A stretch of DNA of 20,000 nt from assembly GCA_001687465.1 (NCBI GenBank), contig LVLI01000587.1:46516-66515 (forward strand), in the 5' to 3' direction. How positions within the stretch are numbered: position 1 is the stretch's first letter; each line of letters starts with the position of its first letter. Shown piece after piece: positions 19,432 to 20,000 of the stretch. This DNA is from Halocafeteria seosinensis. Taxonomy: Eukaryota. Below the pieces are notes generated by a model that was not told the DNA's origin, made no database searches, and saw nothing but the letters and a program-made list of their open reading frames with translations. Both the position numbers and the translations under genes were made by a program.

Positions 19432-20000
19432 CATCAAACTTCGGAGAGAGATTCTCTTGGAAAGAGGAATGGCGTACTTCGTTTTGGTTAAATCGTCGCC
19501 AATAAACAGTTCTGAAAGAATCCAGATGTTTTTTAGGGTACCATTATGACTTTGTTTACTGTGTGGGCGCCCTCCGAAGATCGCGCAACATTGCTCCACT
19601 CTCCGCATTTGTGTACGGACTTGACCCCCGAGATTTACCACTACATGCGTTAGGAAGTCCACCAATTGTGTTAAATTGCCGGACACGTTCCTGACAACTT
19701 GTGAAGGCTTCCCGTGCGTCGAGAAATTCCACGATTTCGAAGCACCAATATACAGTTGAGTTACTTATGCCCTTTTACTGTTCGCTCGGGTGCTTGAACA
19801 CGCAGCGCAATTACATGTACACTTGGCTACTTGTACTGTGGCCCGCTTCTCTTCATGTATCTCATCCTAAGAAATATGTGGAATGTCTTCGTGAAGGGTT
19901 GTCTTGTCGGCTTATGCGGTCCAATGTCAACTTACTCTGCAGATGGCTTCAGTTAGTCTTACCCAGAGAGAGAGGTGGTGTAGCTGTTTATGCTTCTACC

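Noticed and set aside
19354..19686. 110-aa minus-strand ORF and other short ORFs (5340-5714, 7106-7429, 10769-11101, and antisense ORFs within genes)
   Set aside because: No recognisable motifs, several have non-ATG starts, and most are shadows of real genes or chance ORFs.

Overview
Eukaryotic genomic DNA from a compact, intron-containing genome (short GT-AG introns of 68-180 nt, donors mostly GTAAGT/GTACGT), almost certainly a flagellated unicellular eukaryote because it encodes the axonemal dynein assembly factor DNAAF6/PIH1D3. The left ~5 kb looks like a gene-turnover zone. It holds the 3' end of an S/T/P-rich ORF containing a perfect 14-bp inverted repeat, a frameshifted GLUG-like (GGIxG) repeat surface-protein pseudogene, an unclear ORF, and a disabled partial P2X-receptor copy. 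That copy faces tail-to-tail an intact 3-exon P2X-like channel gene that appears to lack the canonical ATP-binding lysines. The right ~14 kb holds apparently intact genes: a C2orf81/DUF4639-like protein, a PAM2-motif protein, DNAAF6 (5 exons), and a GBP/atlastin-type large GTPase. The GTPase has degenerate catalytic motifs, a long coiled coil and a C-terminal PH domain. No rRNA, tRNA, CRISPR array or recognisable transposon was seen. All homology calls come from motif recognition by eye, not database searches.
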